Below, piece after piece: positions 10,163-19,935 of a stretch of DNA of 64,000 bases (positions are counted from its first letter, which is position 1; each line of letters begins with the position of its first letter). The position numbers were made by a program, and so were the translations under genes. The notes beneath the pieces are model-generated. The model had not been told where the DNA came from, searched no databases, and saw only the letters and a program-made list of their open reading frames with translations. The stretch is from Candidatus Heimdallarchaeota archaeon. GTDB taxonomy: Archaea; Asgardarchaeota; Heimdallarchaeia; Heimdallarchaeales; Heimdallarchaeaceae. The DNA lies in contig JAUVXV010000002.1 of NCBI GenBank assembly GCA_030603365.1, positions 352,001 through 416,000 of the forward strand, written 5' to 3'.

Positions 10163-10248
10163 TCTATTTCACTGGAGATGAGATGTTACATATTCTACTA
10201 GAAATCAATATAAAAGATAATCACTAATTTCCCACTCTCTTCTTACTA

Positions 10249-11736
10249 TTAAAGAACTTCTGCTTCTTTTAAATTACAGATCCACAGAGGTTTTCTTTCA
10301 ATAAATAGGTAAAAATTCTCTGCGAATGTATCATCTGTGTCATAAATATTGCGTAGTGTTTCATCAACTAGAAAAATCTTCATTTTCTCTTTTATTGCTA
10401 TTTTCAGGAAGGAGTCAACATTAAGCACAAAAGTATTTTTCTGTACAAGATTTTCAAGAAACTCAAAAACACTTTGACCTTTTTTCGTGAAATGAATTAC
10501 CCAACGATCATTATCAATAAATGGTCCAGCTACTACATCAATATGCTTTGTATACTGTTTAAGAAATTTGAGTGACTCTTTTGAAGTGATTTCTGGTCCT
10601 TCTTTTCTAATTGATATCTGGGGTTTGATATCCATTAAAGAGATGAATAAACCGTAATATTCTTCAGATACAAAGGTTTTGGACCTTTCTAAAATGTAGT
10701 TATTATTGAAAAGTTCAGTTTGAAATGCATTCTTGATTGACAGTGCTTTTTGCCAACAAATTTCAGCTTCTTCGAAATTTCGTTTGATTGCTAGAATTGT
10801 TATCTCTCTTCCAGAATTAGCAATTTTGCGAACTAGCTCATCATAAATAGGAATCTCAAATAACAAATCTTCAAAGAAACTTATATCAGGTTTCATCAGA
10901 TAAGTATTGGATGCTGCAATCAAAGATGTAAATTGATCAACAGACACATCTGCAGCAACATTATCTTTTGGATTAAGTGGATCAGGAACATATAGAGGAT
11001 AATACTTCAACAACATTTCACTAGTTAGTAAATCGACATCTTCCATTTTCTCTGTATTTCGTTTTAAATCTATAATTGTCCTGGGTCTCCATTTACTGAT
11101 AGCATCAATGGTTTCTCTAAAAGAACCATAGAAGATTATTAGCAGCTCACATAGATATCCATTGAAACCTATTGCACCTATTTCGTTTCTATAAACACCA
11201 ATTGTTTTCAAGAACTTTTTAAATAATAGAACTTCATTTCTGTTCTCTTCTTTCATATGTGTTATGATGTATTGAGAATGCATAGGGATTAAATCAAAAA
11301 TTGATTCTGGTTCCTCACCAGGAGAAACCTCAAAGCCTACAAACAGATTAATTAGTTCTCCTTCAACATTTATCCTTAGGTAAGGAATTTTTCCAGTATG
11401 TTTAGTAATTTCAATAGGATTATTCTTTATTCTATCCTTCTTTAATCTCTTTTTTAAAGCATCTAAAATCTGATGTGCTTTTGATTTATCTGATTTTTGA
11501 AGTATTAGCAATAAGTCAAATGAATCGTCTTCACTTAGATAGGTTTTCCTGACAAATGAACCCTGATTTTCTACTCTTCCTATAAAACCAAGAGCGTTGA
11601 GATCCAAGACTATTTTTTCTTTCAATATTGATAGAAGTTCTCTGATATTTTCATGCTGCTCCCACTGCACTTGAATAATTTCTAATACCTTCTTCTCTAT
11701 GGTTTCAGAATCTTCTCTTGGATTATCATTACTCAC
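10249..11736 (-). CDS. cca: Archaeal class I CCA-adding enzyme homolog with degenerate catalytic carboxylates
   Basis: GSFVRKTYL, IPYL, KKFLKTIGVY, GFNGYLCELLIIFYGSF, DPLNPKDNVAA, GP motifs; adjacent to thpR, a usual archaeal arrangement. Confidence 0.75.
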   Translation of the reverse strand: MSNDNPREDSETIEKKVLEIIQVQWEQHENIRELLSILKEKIVLDLNALGFIGRVENQGSFVRKTYLSEDDSFDLLLILQKSDKSKAHQILDALKKRLKKDRIKNNPIEITKHTGKIPYLRINVEGELINLFVGFEVSPGEEPESIFDLIPMHSQYIITHMKEENRNEVLLFKKFLKTIGVYRNEIGAIGFNGYLCELLIIFYGSFRETIDAISKWRPRTIIDLKRNTEKMEDVDLLTSEMLLKYYPLYVPDPLNPKDNVAADVSVDQFTSLIAASNTYLMKPDISFFEDLLFEIPIYDELVRKIANSGREITILAIKRNFEEAEICWQKALSIKNAFQTELFNNNYILERSKTFVSEEYYGLFISLMDIKPQISIRKEGPEITSKESLKFLKQYTKHIDVVAGPFIDNDRWVIHFTKKGQSVFEFLENLVQKNTFVLNVDSFLKIAIKEKMKIFLVDETLRNIYDTDDTFAENFYLFIERKPLWICNLKEAEVL

Positions 11737-11745
11737 TTTATCACC

Positions 11746-12306
11746 CTATTGTTGAGCTTTGATTTCGTGGATAGTTGTATATTTGGGTCCTTCTGGGCCG
11801 AGTATAGACTTCTTTAGCTTAATAGAGACAATTTCTTGTTCTCCACAGTTGAAATCAGATAGGTTCTTTATAACTTTAATCAGTTCAGACTTATTTTGAG
11901 CGGACTTAACTCTCGCTATAGTAAGATGGGGTTTGAATGGTCTTGAATCTACTTCAAAACCCAACTTTCTTAATTTGACTCTTATTTCATTTTGTATTTT
12001 TCTTAATTCCTCTATTTCGCCTTCAATTTCACAAAATACTACTCTTATATGATTTTCATTTGGTAGTACACCTGGTTGTTTCACTGATAACCTAATTTTT
12101 TTGAAATTTATATCACTCAATAATTGAGATATTTGTTGAACTTGATGTTCAGTAATTTCTCCAAGGAATTCTATAGTTGCGTGTAAAACTTTAGGATTTA
12201 CTACTCGTAATTTTGCTCCTGAGGTTTGTATTTCACTTTGAATCGAGACGATATTTTTAACTATTTCCTCATTATCAAAATCTATTGAAATAAACGTTCT
12301 TACCAT
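11746..12306 (-). CDS. thpR: RNA 2',3'-cyclic phosphodiesterase (2H phosphoesterase)
   Basis: RTFISI, two HxT motifs (LHATIEFLG, PHLTIARVK), KKSILGPEGPKY. Confidence 0.9.
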   Translation of the reverse strand: MVRTFISIDFDNEEIVKNIVSIQSEIQTSGAKLRVVNPKVLHATIEFLGEITEHQVQQISQLLSDINFKKIRLSVKQPGVLPNENHIRVVFCEIEGEIEELRKIQNEIRVKLRKLGFEVDSRPFKPHLTIARVKSAQNKSELIKVIKNLSDFNCGEQEIVSIKLKKSILGPEGPKYTTIHEIKAQQ

Positions 12307-12365
12307 TGCTATATGATGTTTTAATTAGATTTTATAAGTTTTTATTAAGAGGGCACCAATAGACA

Positions 12366-12980
12366 TTGACAACATTTTTAACTACAAGTGTTATTGCCTC
12401 ATTGGAATTAATGACAAAACCTAATACAAAAATACTTGGAGTGACTGGAATGCCTGGTTCAGGTAAAAGTGAGTTTGCTCATTTTGCTGAAGAACTGGGT
12501 TATCATACAGTCGTAATGGGTGATGTTGTTAGAGCAAGGGTTGTTGAAGAGGGATTTGAACCTACTCCAGAAATGAGCACAAGGTACATGCTTCAGCTTC
12601 GTGAAGAGATGGGTGAAACAGCTGTAGCTCATTTAACCTGTGATGCTATTGACATACTAGTTAGTGAAGGTAAGAATCTTTTAGTAATTGATGGAATTAG
12701 AAGTCAAGCAGAAGTAACATATTTCAAAGAACACTTGGATGAAGCTTTTTTTATTGTTGCAATACATGTTGACCCAGATTTGAGGTTCAAACGCTTACAG
12801 ACTCGTGGTAGAAAAGATGCACCTGTAACCGAAGATGATTTTAATCAAAGAGATGAATCGGAATTGAAACTTGGTTTGGGTGAAACAATTGCCTTTTCGA
12901 ATTACATAATTCCCAATAACAAATCCTTAGATGATTTTAGAGAAAAATCTCTTAGTTTATTAAACGAGTTAGAAGGTTGA
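12366..12980 (+). CDS. UPF0200 nucleotide kinase / dephospho-CoA kinase-like P-loop protein; probable start 12411
   Basis: GMPGSGKS, MGDVVR, IDGIRS, RFKRLQTRGRKD, RDESE. Confidence 0.8.
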   Translation: MTTFLTTSVIASLELMTKPNTKILGVTGMPGSGKSEFAHFAEELGYHTVVMGDVVRARVVEEGFEPTPEMSTRYMLQLREEMGETAVAHLTCDAIDILVSEGKNLLVIDGIRSQAEVTYFKEHLDEAFFIVAIHVDPDLRFKRLQTRGRKDAPVTEDDFNQRDESELKLGLGETIAFSNYIIPNNKSLDDFREKSLSLLNELEG

Positions 12981-13435
12981 GAATTTTGAACCTTAAAATC
13001 AGTATGCGAATTCCCTTTTATTCAACTGAGGATAGAAAGAAAATAGAACAGATTGTGTTGAATCTCTTAGGTGAAGTTCCCGAGTTAACTGAGGTAAAAG
13101 AGAAAAACCGTGTATATCTAGTTGCAGATAAGATTCGAACTGAAGCCTTACGCTCCTTCTTCATGTATGTGAGAAAACAAGAAATCCTCGATACTGTTAG
13201 AAGTTGTGTTGTGATTTATCCTGAAGAAGGAGAAGTGGTTTTCAATATTCATAAACAAGCCCTGATGGTGGAGAAAATAGCTGTAGTTTCTTCAGACACA
13301 TATTCTCCTCTAGGAAATTTGAAGTTGATTATCCAATCTGGAAATATAGAAAAATTTCTTGATTGGTTCGTTCCTGAAACTTCTGAGGGTAAAGTCCTTA
13401 GAAATAGAAAATTTGATGAAATCTTCAATCTTTGA
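12977..13435 (+). CDS. UPF0201/DUF54 RNA-binding-domain protein
   Basis: STEDRKKI, QEILDTVRS, HKQAL, SPLG; typical partner of the UPF0200 gene. Confidence 0.7.
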   Translation: MRILNLKISMRIPFYSTEDRKKIEQIVLNLLGEVPELTEVKEKNRVYLVADKIRTEALRSFFMYVRKQEILDTVRSCVVIYPEEGEVVFNIHKQALMVEKIAVVSSDTYSPLGNLKLIIQSGNIEKFLDWFVPETSEGKVLRNRKFDEIFNL

Positions 13436-14345
13436 TTTTCAATTTGATTGTAAGTCCATCGTAAGCTATTATGCTATTTGAAAAGATCTTCTTAGCTTCA
13501 GATAATGAATGCTCTAAATCTGAATGTAATTGTGAAATGTGGGTTAAAGCAAGTTTTTTTACTTTAGCTTTTTTAGCAACTAGAGCTGCATCTAAGACTG
13601 TTGAGTGCTTATATTTTGTTGCTCTTTCTTTCTCTTCAGGAGGATAGGTTGCATCATGAATTAATAAATCAGCATGTTTAGAATTTATTATAACATTCTC
13701 ATCAAATTCGGTATCACCTGTTATTACTACTTTCAAATTCTTAGAATCAATTTTATCCATAACAGCATCAGGAGTGATCTCTTTTCCTTTAATCTCTATT
13801 GGAGTTCCTTCTTGAAGTTGTTTCCATAATTTACCTTGAGGTATGTTCAGAGCTTGAGCTTTGTCTGGATTGAATCGTTCTTTTTTTGGATGAGTTTCAA
13901 TTTTGTAACCTATACTTTCTATAGAGTGGGTTACTGGAAAAGATTCTATAAAAAAATCTTTGTTGTTTAAAACAACATCTCCTGTAGTTTCCAATACTGT
14001 TACTTCAAACTCTGGTTTGAATCTGTAAGCTAAAAATAGTAGTGACAAAAATTGTGAAGTCCAAGTAGGACCAATAATAGTTACAGGAGTTTTAATATTG
14101 AAGAAATTTCTTGTAGTCAATAAACCGATTAAACCTAGTGTATGATCCGCATGTAAATGAGTGAGTAAAATAGTCATTTTTCTCAAGCTTATTTTATTTT
14201 TGAGCATCTCAATTTGAGTTCCCTCTCCCACATCCACAATTAAGAGATGACCTCTGTATCTGATAGCTATAGAGCTTTGTCTTCTTTCAATCATAGGAGG
14301 AGCAGAAGACGTTCCAAGAAATGTAATTTTCATTTCATCAGACAT
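13425..14345 (-). CDS. rnz: Ribonuclease Z
   Basis: FLGTSSAPP, DVGEGTQ, THLHADH, exosite GKLWKQLQEG, TGDT, HDATY, HST, LTHIS. Confidence 0.9.
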   Translation of the reverse strand: MSDEMKITFLGTSSAPPMIERRQSSIAIRYRGHLLIVDVGEGTQIEMLKNKISLRKMTILLTHLHADHTLGLIGLLTTRNFFNIKTPVTIIGPTWTSQFLSLLFLAYRFKPEFEVTVLETTGDVVLNNKDFFIESFPVTHSIESIGYKIETHPKKERFNPDKAQALNIPQGKLWKQLQEGTPIEIKGKEITPDAVMDKIDSKNLKVVITGDTEFDENVIINSKHADLLIHDATYPPEEKERATKYKHSTVLDAALVAKKAKVKKLALTHISQLHSDLEHSLSEAKKIFSNSIIAYDGLTIKLKIKD

Positions 14346-14349
14346 TCGA

Positions 14350-15378
14350 TCACTTCAGTACTAGAATTCTTCTTGTTAGAGATTTATGAATTACACAATC
14401 TATTAATGTTACTAATTTATAATCAGTTTTTTCAACTATATCTTCAGATGAAATTGATGCGGGGCTGCTGAAAACCAGATGTTTTCCAGGTTTGAGTACA
14501 TCTTTAGTAGCAATTAGAAAATCATAAATTAGATTTGGTACTTTTTCTCCATGAGTTGAAGACTGTAAGGAATAAGGAGGATCTGTTGCTATTGCATCTG
14601 CTTCTTTAATGGCTAGATATCGAGAATCTCCCCGATAAAGTGAAGAATTATAGTTTTCAAACTGTTTTAAATTCCGATTTGCTCCTCTGACAGCATATGT
14701 ATCTAAATCAGATCCTATTACATATGCCCCAAGTTCTGATGCTTCTAGAAGAAAACCACCTCCTCCACAAAAAGGATCAAAGAATATTTCTCCTTTATTT
14801 ATTCTTGATAGATTTACAATTGCTCTTGCAAAATCTGTTTTCATGCCACCTGGTCTGAAAAAATCTCTTTCTGAAGATTCTCTTACAAAATATTTCTTTC
14901 TGTCAAGAGACCAAAGCTCTAATCCCAAAAAGAAATTAGTTCCATGAAGAATTGCTAAGAAGGAATAATCTGGGTGTACCAAATCAACTTCAAGATTAGA
15001 TTTCTCATATTTGAAATAAACTTGATTTCCCAATTTTCTTTCTAAATCAACAGAACTTATGTTAATCTCCTTTCTACCTATTTTACAAACTCGCACACAA
15101 AAAGTTTTATTTTTCTCAATTTCTAGATGTTTGACATCTTCTGTAATATTTATTTTATTATTCTCTATTTCACCAGTATCTGAAAGAAGTATCAAAGCAT
15201 GTATAAACGCGCATCTTGCTGCAGCTGCAGTAGGATCCTTTTCAGATTCAAAAATGATAATTTGCTTATTTTTGTGAACAATTTTGTATTCTATACCTTC
15301 AGCTTCTAGAGCAGCATAAAACTCTTCATACCCAATTGGCAAATAATGACCACAAACATATGCAAGATATTTTTTCAT
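14350..15378 (-). CDS. trm11: THUMP-domain tRNA (guanine10-N2)-methyltransferase (Trm11/Trm-G10)
   Basis: THUMP region, DPFCGGGGF, TDPPY, C-terminal HKSLTR. Confidence 0.8.
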   Translation of the reverse strand: MKKYLAYVCGHYLPIGYEEFYAALEAEGIEYKIVHKNKQIIIFESEKDPTAAAARCAFIHALILLSDTGEIENNKINITEDVKHLEIEKNKTFCVRVCKIGRKEINISSVDLERKLGNQVYFKYEKSNLEVDLVHPDYSFLAILHGTNFFLGLELWSLDRKKYFVRESSERDFFRPGGMKTDFARAIVNLSRINKGEIFFDPFCGGGGFLLEASELGAYVIGSDLDTYAVRGANRNLKQFENYNSSLYRGDSRYLAIKEADAIATDPPYSLQSSTHGEKVPNLIYDFLIATKDVLKPGKHLVFSSPASISSEDIVEKTDYKLVTLIDCVIHKSLTRRILVLK

Positions 15379-16265
15379 AGAAATTTGTCCTCAATAAATT
15401 TACTAATTGCAGAACTGACATCTATTTGTTCTGTATCTGTTCTTGATATTGTATTTGTTGATATAATCTTATGAACTCCAATTTCCTTCATTTTTACAAA
15501 AACTTCAGGTTTTGCCAAAGCATGAATCACAACGAATGTTAGAGATTTTGGTCTTTTATCTAAAATAATTCTAAACGCATCTAATGCTGTTCTTCCAGAT
15601 GTAATAATATCATCAAATAAAATTACATCTTTGTTTTCTACATCTATACCTATATCTCTCATTGATATTTCATGAGTAACAGAATCTCTATACTTTTCTA
15701 AAGCTGTATATGAAACATCCAGACCATCTGAGAGATATTTCAATTCTTCACTCACACCTTTATCTGGACCAATGATTGTATAATTGTCGTCTGTTTCTGA
15801 TTCTAGATATTTTTTGATAAGAGGTAAAACACTAATATCATATTTTTCTAGTTCTGGAACACTTGAAGTAAAGGCTTCCTTATTGTGAACATTGAAAGTC
15901 ATAATTGAATCAACTCCTGATTTGTAAAGTAGTTCCAGTGTTACTTTATGAGAGATTATTTCCATTTCTTTTCTTCTTCTGTCTGCCCTAGCATAACAAA
16001 GGTATGGTGTAAAAACATGAACTTTTGAAGCATTATATTCTTTAAGAGTTGCTGATAAAAACATGATCTCAAGAAGTCGTTTTTCTTGATTTGGAAAAGT
16101 GTTTTGAATAATAATAATTTCTTCATCGTTTACTTCTCCATCTATTTGAAGGTAAGATTCACCATCTGTAAATTGTTTATATTCTAAATTCAAATAAGGT
16201 ATATTTAGGTTCTTTGCAATCTTTTTACTCAGCTCAATAGAAGCAGGACCAGGTAATATTTTCAT
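15375..16265 (-). CDS. prs: Ribose-phosphate pyrophosphokinase
   Basis: FTDGESY, PYLCYARADRR, GPDKG, DDIITSGRT, STNTI. Confidence 0.85.
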   Translation of the reverse strand: MKILPGPASIELSKKIAKNLNIPYLNLEYKQFTDGESYLQIDGEVNDEEIIIIQNTFPNQEKRLLEIMFLSATLKEYNASKVHVFTPYLCYARADRRRKEMEIISHKVTLELLYKSGVDSIMTFNVHNKEAFTSSVPELEKYDISVLPLIKKYLESETDDNYTIIGPDKGVSEELKYLSDGLDVSYTALEKYRDSVTHEISMRDIGIDVENKDVILFDDIITSGRTALDAFRIILDKRPKSLTFVVIHALAKPEVFVKMKEIGVHKIISTNTISRTDTEQIDVSSAISKFIEDKFL

Positions 16266-16392
16266 TATTATGAAGATTAATTTTCTATCAAATTAAAGCC
16301 TTTTCATGGTGATTATAAGAAATTGTAATCCAAAATAATCTGGAAATTTTGACCAAAAACATAGCTTTATTAACATACGAGAACCTATTTTA

Positions 16393-18363
16393 ATGAAATT
16401 ACTCCTAGGACATTCTGTGATAATTATGGGGTCTGGAACTCAATCTGGCAGCAAAAGGAAAGCCAAAACAAAAAAAGAACAACTACTTGACATAGATTTT
16501 CAAGATACTAGTGAAATCTCTGTACCCCCTCGCTTGGTTGATCAAGTAATAGGTCAAGAAACAGCTACTGAAATTATTAAGAAAGCTGCTCTACAACGAA
16601 GACATGTTTTACTCATCGGAGAACCTGGTACAGGTAAAAGTATGCTTGGTCTAGCTATGGCAGAACTTCTCCCAAAAGAAGAATTGGTTGATGTTCTATG
16701 TATCGCTAATCCTAAGTATCCTAATCAACCTAGAGTTGCAACTCTTCCTGCAGGACATGGAGCTAGGAAAGTTGAAATGGATGCAGAAGTAGCTAGAAAG
16801 AGTGGGAATAAAAGATTCATAATTTCGATTGCTATTCTTTTAGCAATTATAGGATATGCTTTGATTGCTACAGCTGGTCGTCCAGATCAACAGCCAACAA
16901 CACTCCTAATGGCAATGTTTGTGGGTTTCTTCATATTCTTTATGCTTAATCAGTCCAGATCTAAAACAGAATCCTTAGTACCTAAATTACTTGTTGATAA
17001 TAATAAGAAGGATACAGCGCCGTTCAATGATGCAACGGGATCACATGCAGGTAACCTATTAGGAGATGTACGACACGACCCTTTCCAATCGGGAGGACTT
17101 GGTACTCCACCTCATGAAAGAGTAGAGTCAGGTTTAATTCATAAGTCTCATCTTGGAGTTCTCTATTGCGATGAAATTGGTACGCTCGAGATGCGTACTC
17201 AACAAAAACTATTAACAGCAATGCAAGAAGGAAAGCTACAAATTACTGGTCAATCAGAACTGAGTAGTGGAGCTATGGTTAGATCGGAGCCAGTTCCTTG
17301 TCGTTTTGTGTTAATAGCTGCTGGTAATATTGAAACCACAAGAAACATGCATCCTGCTTTAAGATCAAGAATTCAAGGTTCTGGTTACGAGGTATATATG
17401 AAAGACACTATGCCAGACACACCTGAAAATCGACGAAAACTTGCTCGTTTTTGTGCTCAAGAGATCTACAATGATCGAAAAATCCCTCACTTCTCCAGAG
17501 AAGCAGTAGAAGAGATGGTTTATGAAGCTCAAAGAAGAGCGGATAAGAAAGATCATCTCACTTTAAGATTAAGAGAACTTGGAGGATTAATTCGAGCAGC
17601 TGGAGATTTAGCTAAGGAACATAACGAAACCTTTGTTACAGCTGAAACAGTACGATCAGCCAAAGTTATTGCAAGAACTCTAGAAAATCAAATAAGTGAT
17701 TCTTACGCAGATTCAAGAAAATTATACAAGATTTTTCAAACTCAAGACGCAATGGTTGGTAGAGTTAATGGTTTAGCGGTTATTAACCAAAGATCTGGTA
17801 TTGTTATGCCTATTGAAGCAGAAGTTGTACCTGCTTTCAGTCGTAGAGAAGGAAAAATTATTGCTACTGGTCAATTAAGGGTTATTGCAAGAGAAGCAGT
17901 TCAAAATGTTTCAGCTTTAGTTAAGAAATACGTAGGAAAAGACATTTCAGATTTCGACTATCACATTCAATTTGTGGGTGCATATGCTGGAGTTGAAGGA
18001 GATTCTGCATCTATTTCTATAGCAGTAGCTATTATATCTGCACTTGAAAAAGCACCTATTCGTCAAGATACTGCAATGACAGGAAGCTTAACTGTTCGAG
18101 GAATTGTTATCCCTATCGGTGGAGCTACTGCAAAAATAGAAGCAGCAGCAGAGGCTGGAATCACGAGAGTCATCATTCCTATTCAAAATGAAGATGATGT
18201 AAAACTCGAAAAAAGATATAAGGATAAAGTAGAAATCATCCCAGTATCTAATTTCCATGAAGTCTTAAGAAATGCTTTACCAAAGAAGTACCATTCAATT
18301 GCCAAGAAATTCGAAGAATTAGCTAAGGAGCAATCTGATCCTTCTGTATATAATGCAAAATAA
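16393..18363 (+). CDS. lonB: Archaeal membrane-bound Lon protease LonB; probable start 16426
   Basis: QVIGQE, GEPGTGKS, two transmembrane helices, DVRHDPFQSGG, VEGDSAS (catalytic Ser), GGATAKIEAA (catalytic Lys). Confidence 0.95.
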   Translation: MKLLLGHSVIIMGSGTQSGSKRKAKTKKEQLLDIDFQDTSEISVPPRLVDQVIGQETATEIIKKAALQRRHVLLIGEPGTGKSMLGLAMAELLPKEELVDVLCIANPKYPNQPRVATLPAGHGARKVEMDAEVARKSGNKRFIISIAILLAIIGYALIATAGRPDQQPTTLLMAMFVGFFIFFMLNQSRSKTESLVPKLLVDNNKKDTAPFNDATGSHAGNLLGDVRHDPFQSGGLGTPPHERVESGLIHKSHLGVLYCDEIGTLEMRTQQKLLTAMQEGKLQITGQSELSSGAMVRSEPVPCRFVLIAAGNIETTRNMHPALRSRIQGSGYEVYMKDTMPDTPENRRKLARFCAQEIYNDRKIPHFSREAVEEMVYEAQRRADKKDHLTLRLRELGGLIRAAGDLAKEHNETFVTAETVRSAKVIARTLENQISDSYADSRKLYKIFQTQDAMVGRVNGLAVINQRSGIVMPIEAEVVPAFSRREGKIIATGQLRVIAREAVQNVSALVKKYVGKDISDFDYHIQFVGAYAGVEGDSASISIAVAIISALEKAPIRQDTAMTGSLTVRGIVIPIGGATAKIEAAAEAGITRVIIPIQNEDDVKLEKRYKDKVEIIPVSNFHEVLRNALPKKYHSIAKKFEELAKEQSDPSVYNAK

Positions 18364-18408
18364 TCTTGATTTGATTTCAATGATATTTCATCAAGGATGC
18401 GATAAATA

Positions 18409-18729
18409 ATGACAACGTCTGGTTTTTATCATTATTACTGTGGAATCACAGCACAACCAAATGATGACGAGCAGTATGAGGATTTAGGTGAGTTTGATCT
18501 TCATTTAAATCTATTACAAAATGATTTAGCAGAGAAGGAACCAAAAAGACAACCAAGATTCGAAACTGGTTATTTCCAAGCTGAATGGATAGAAATCAGT
18601 TTTATGTTCCGAGTTTCGTATAGAGATGGGAATGAAGAAATTTACAGATATATTGATCTTGTAACAGAAACATTAGAAGATCAATTAAACATTACAATTG
18701 CAGACTTTCAAGTAGAATCAATAATCTGA
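18409..18729 (+). CDS. Small acidic hypothetical protein
   Basis: Fills the gap after lonB; no recognisable motif. Confidence 0.6.
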   Translation: MTTSGFYHYYCGITAQPNDDEQYEDLGEFDLHLNLLQNDLAEKEPKRQPRFETGYFQAEWIEISFMFRVSYRDGNEEIYRYIDLVTETLEDQLNITIADFQVESII

Positions 18730-18735
18730 ATACAA

Positions 18736-19773
18736 TTATTTGAAAACTATCTTTAGCTGAGTTTCGCATTTATTACAGTTTCCAGTTAATGAGATTCTTC
18801 TTAATTCTGTTATTGTTGATGTTCTTTGAATAAGTAATTCATCACAAGTGGGGCAATAAGTATTATTTGCCTTATGATCAGGAACATTATCAAGATAAAC
18901 AAAATGTAATCCTACTTCCTTAGCGATTGTATAAGCTTCTTCTAAAAGTGATTTTGGTGTCGGACTTATCTCTTTCAATCTATGAGCTGGAAGCAATCTA
19001 GCTAAATGCAATGGAACTGCAGGAGACAATTCTGTTTTTATCCAATCAGCAAGTTTTCTTGTTTCGTCTAGAGTATTTCCTAAAGATTCATGAATCACTA
19101 AATTCAATTCTAGAAGTTTTTCTTTCTCAAATATTAACTTAATAATGGATTTTATGTGTTCGAAATTCCCCCTCTGACAATTTTTCTCATATCCTTCATT
19201 TGAGACAGATTTTATATCTAGTGTAACAGCATCTACATGATCTAAAATAGCCTCAATTGGCTCTCTATTGAAAAATCCGTTAGTTCTAATTAGGACTTTT
19301 AAACCTCTTTCTTTTGCTAGTTTCGCTGAATCTCTTACCCATTCAAAAGAAATCATTGGCTCAGCTTCTCCGAAACATATTACTCTTGATCCAGAAGCGA
19401 TTCCAAACATAGCGACTTGTTCAGGTGCAAATCTCTTTCCCATGTATTGTTCAGGATCTTGTCTTGCTTTTTCGGGCATTGTACAATAGTCACAATCAAG
19501 ATTACAATTATAAGTAGAAAATGTTTGAGCTCTTGAATTTGGCAGAAAATGATATACATGCTGTTTCTCAATCATATCGATTTTCATGTCAGTTGCACCA
19601 TATGTCAGCGAGTATAGTTTTCCATCAATGTTCTTTCTTGCTAAACATTTTCCTTTCTCTCCCATTAACATTGTACATTCTATAGGACATAGTTTACACT
19701 GAAGTACATTGTTATCTTCATCAAGTATTTCGTAATATTCTGCTTCGTGCAAAGGTTGTGACATAGGCTTCAT
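18736..19773 (-). CDS. AmmeMemoRadiSam-type radical SAM enzyme (divergent paralog)
   Basis: CKLCPIEC...GKCLARKN, CNLDCDYC, TNG, PLHLARLLP, NTYCPTC, C-terminal CxxC. Confidence 0.8.
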   Translation of the reverse strand: MKPMSQPLHEAEYYEILDEDNNVLQCKLCPIECTMLMGEKGKCLARKNIDGKLYSLTYGATDMKIDMIEKQHVYHFLPNSRAQTFSTYNCNLDCDYCTMPEKARQDPEQYMGKRFAPEQVAMFGIASGSRVICFGEAEPMISFEWVRDSAKLAKERGLKVLIRTNGFFNREPIEAILDHVDAVTLDIKSVSNEGYEKNCQRGNFEHIKSIIKLIFEKEKLLELNLVIHESLGNTLDETRKLADWIKTELSPAVPLHLARLLPAHRLKEISPTPKSLLEEAYTIAKEVGLHFVYLDNVPDHKANNTYCPTCDELLIQRTSTITELRRISLTGNCNKCETQLKIVFK

Positions 19774-19935
19774 GACAATGTTTAAACTCCATTATTAAAT
19801 TTTATTAAACCAACAGAACGATAATAGTTTAGACAATACGTAAATATATTAAGCAGTTCAAATTCGGTCTAAAGCTATTTACGATTTTCCAGACTTTTAA
19901 GCAAAAAGTATATCAAATTAAAAACAATATGTACA

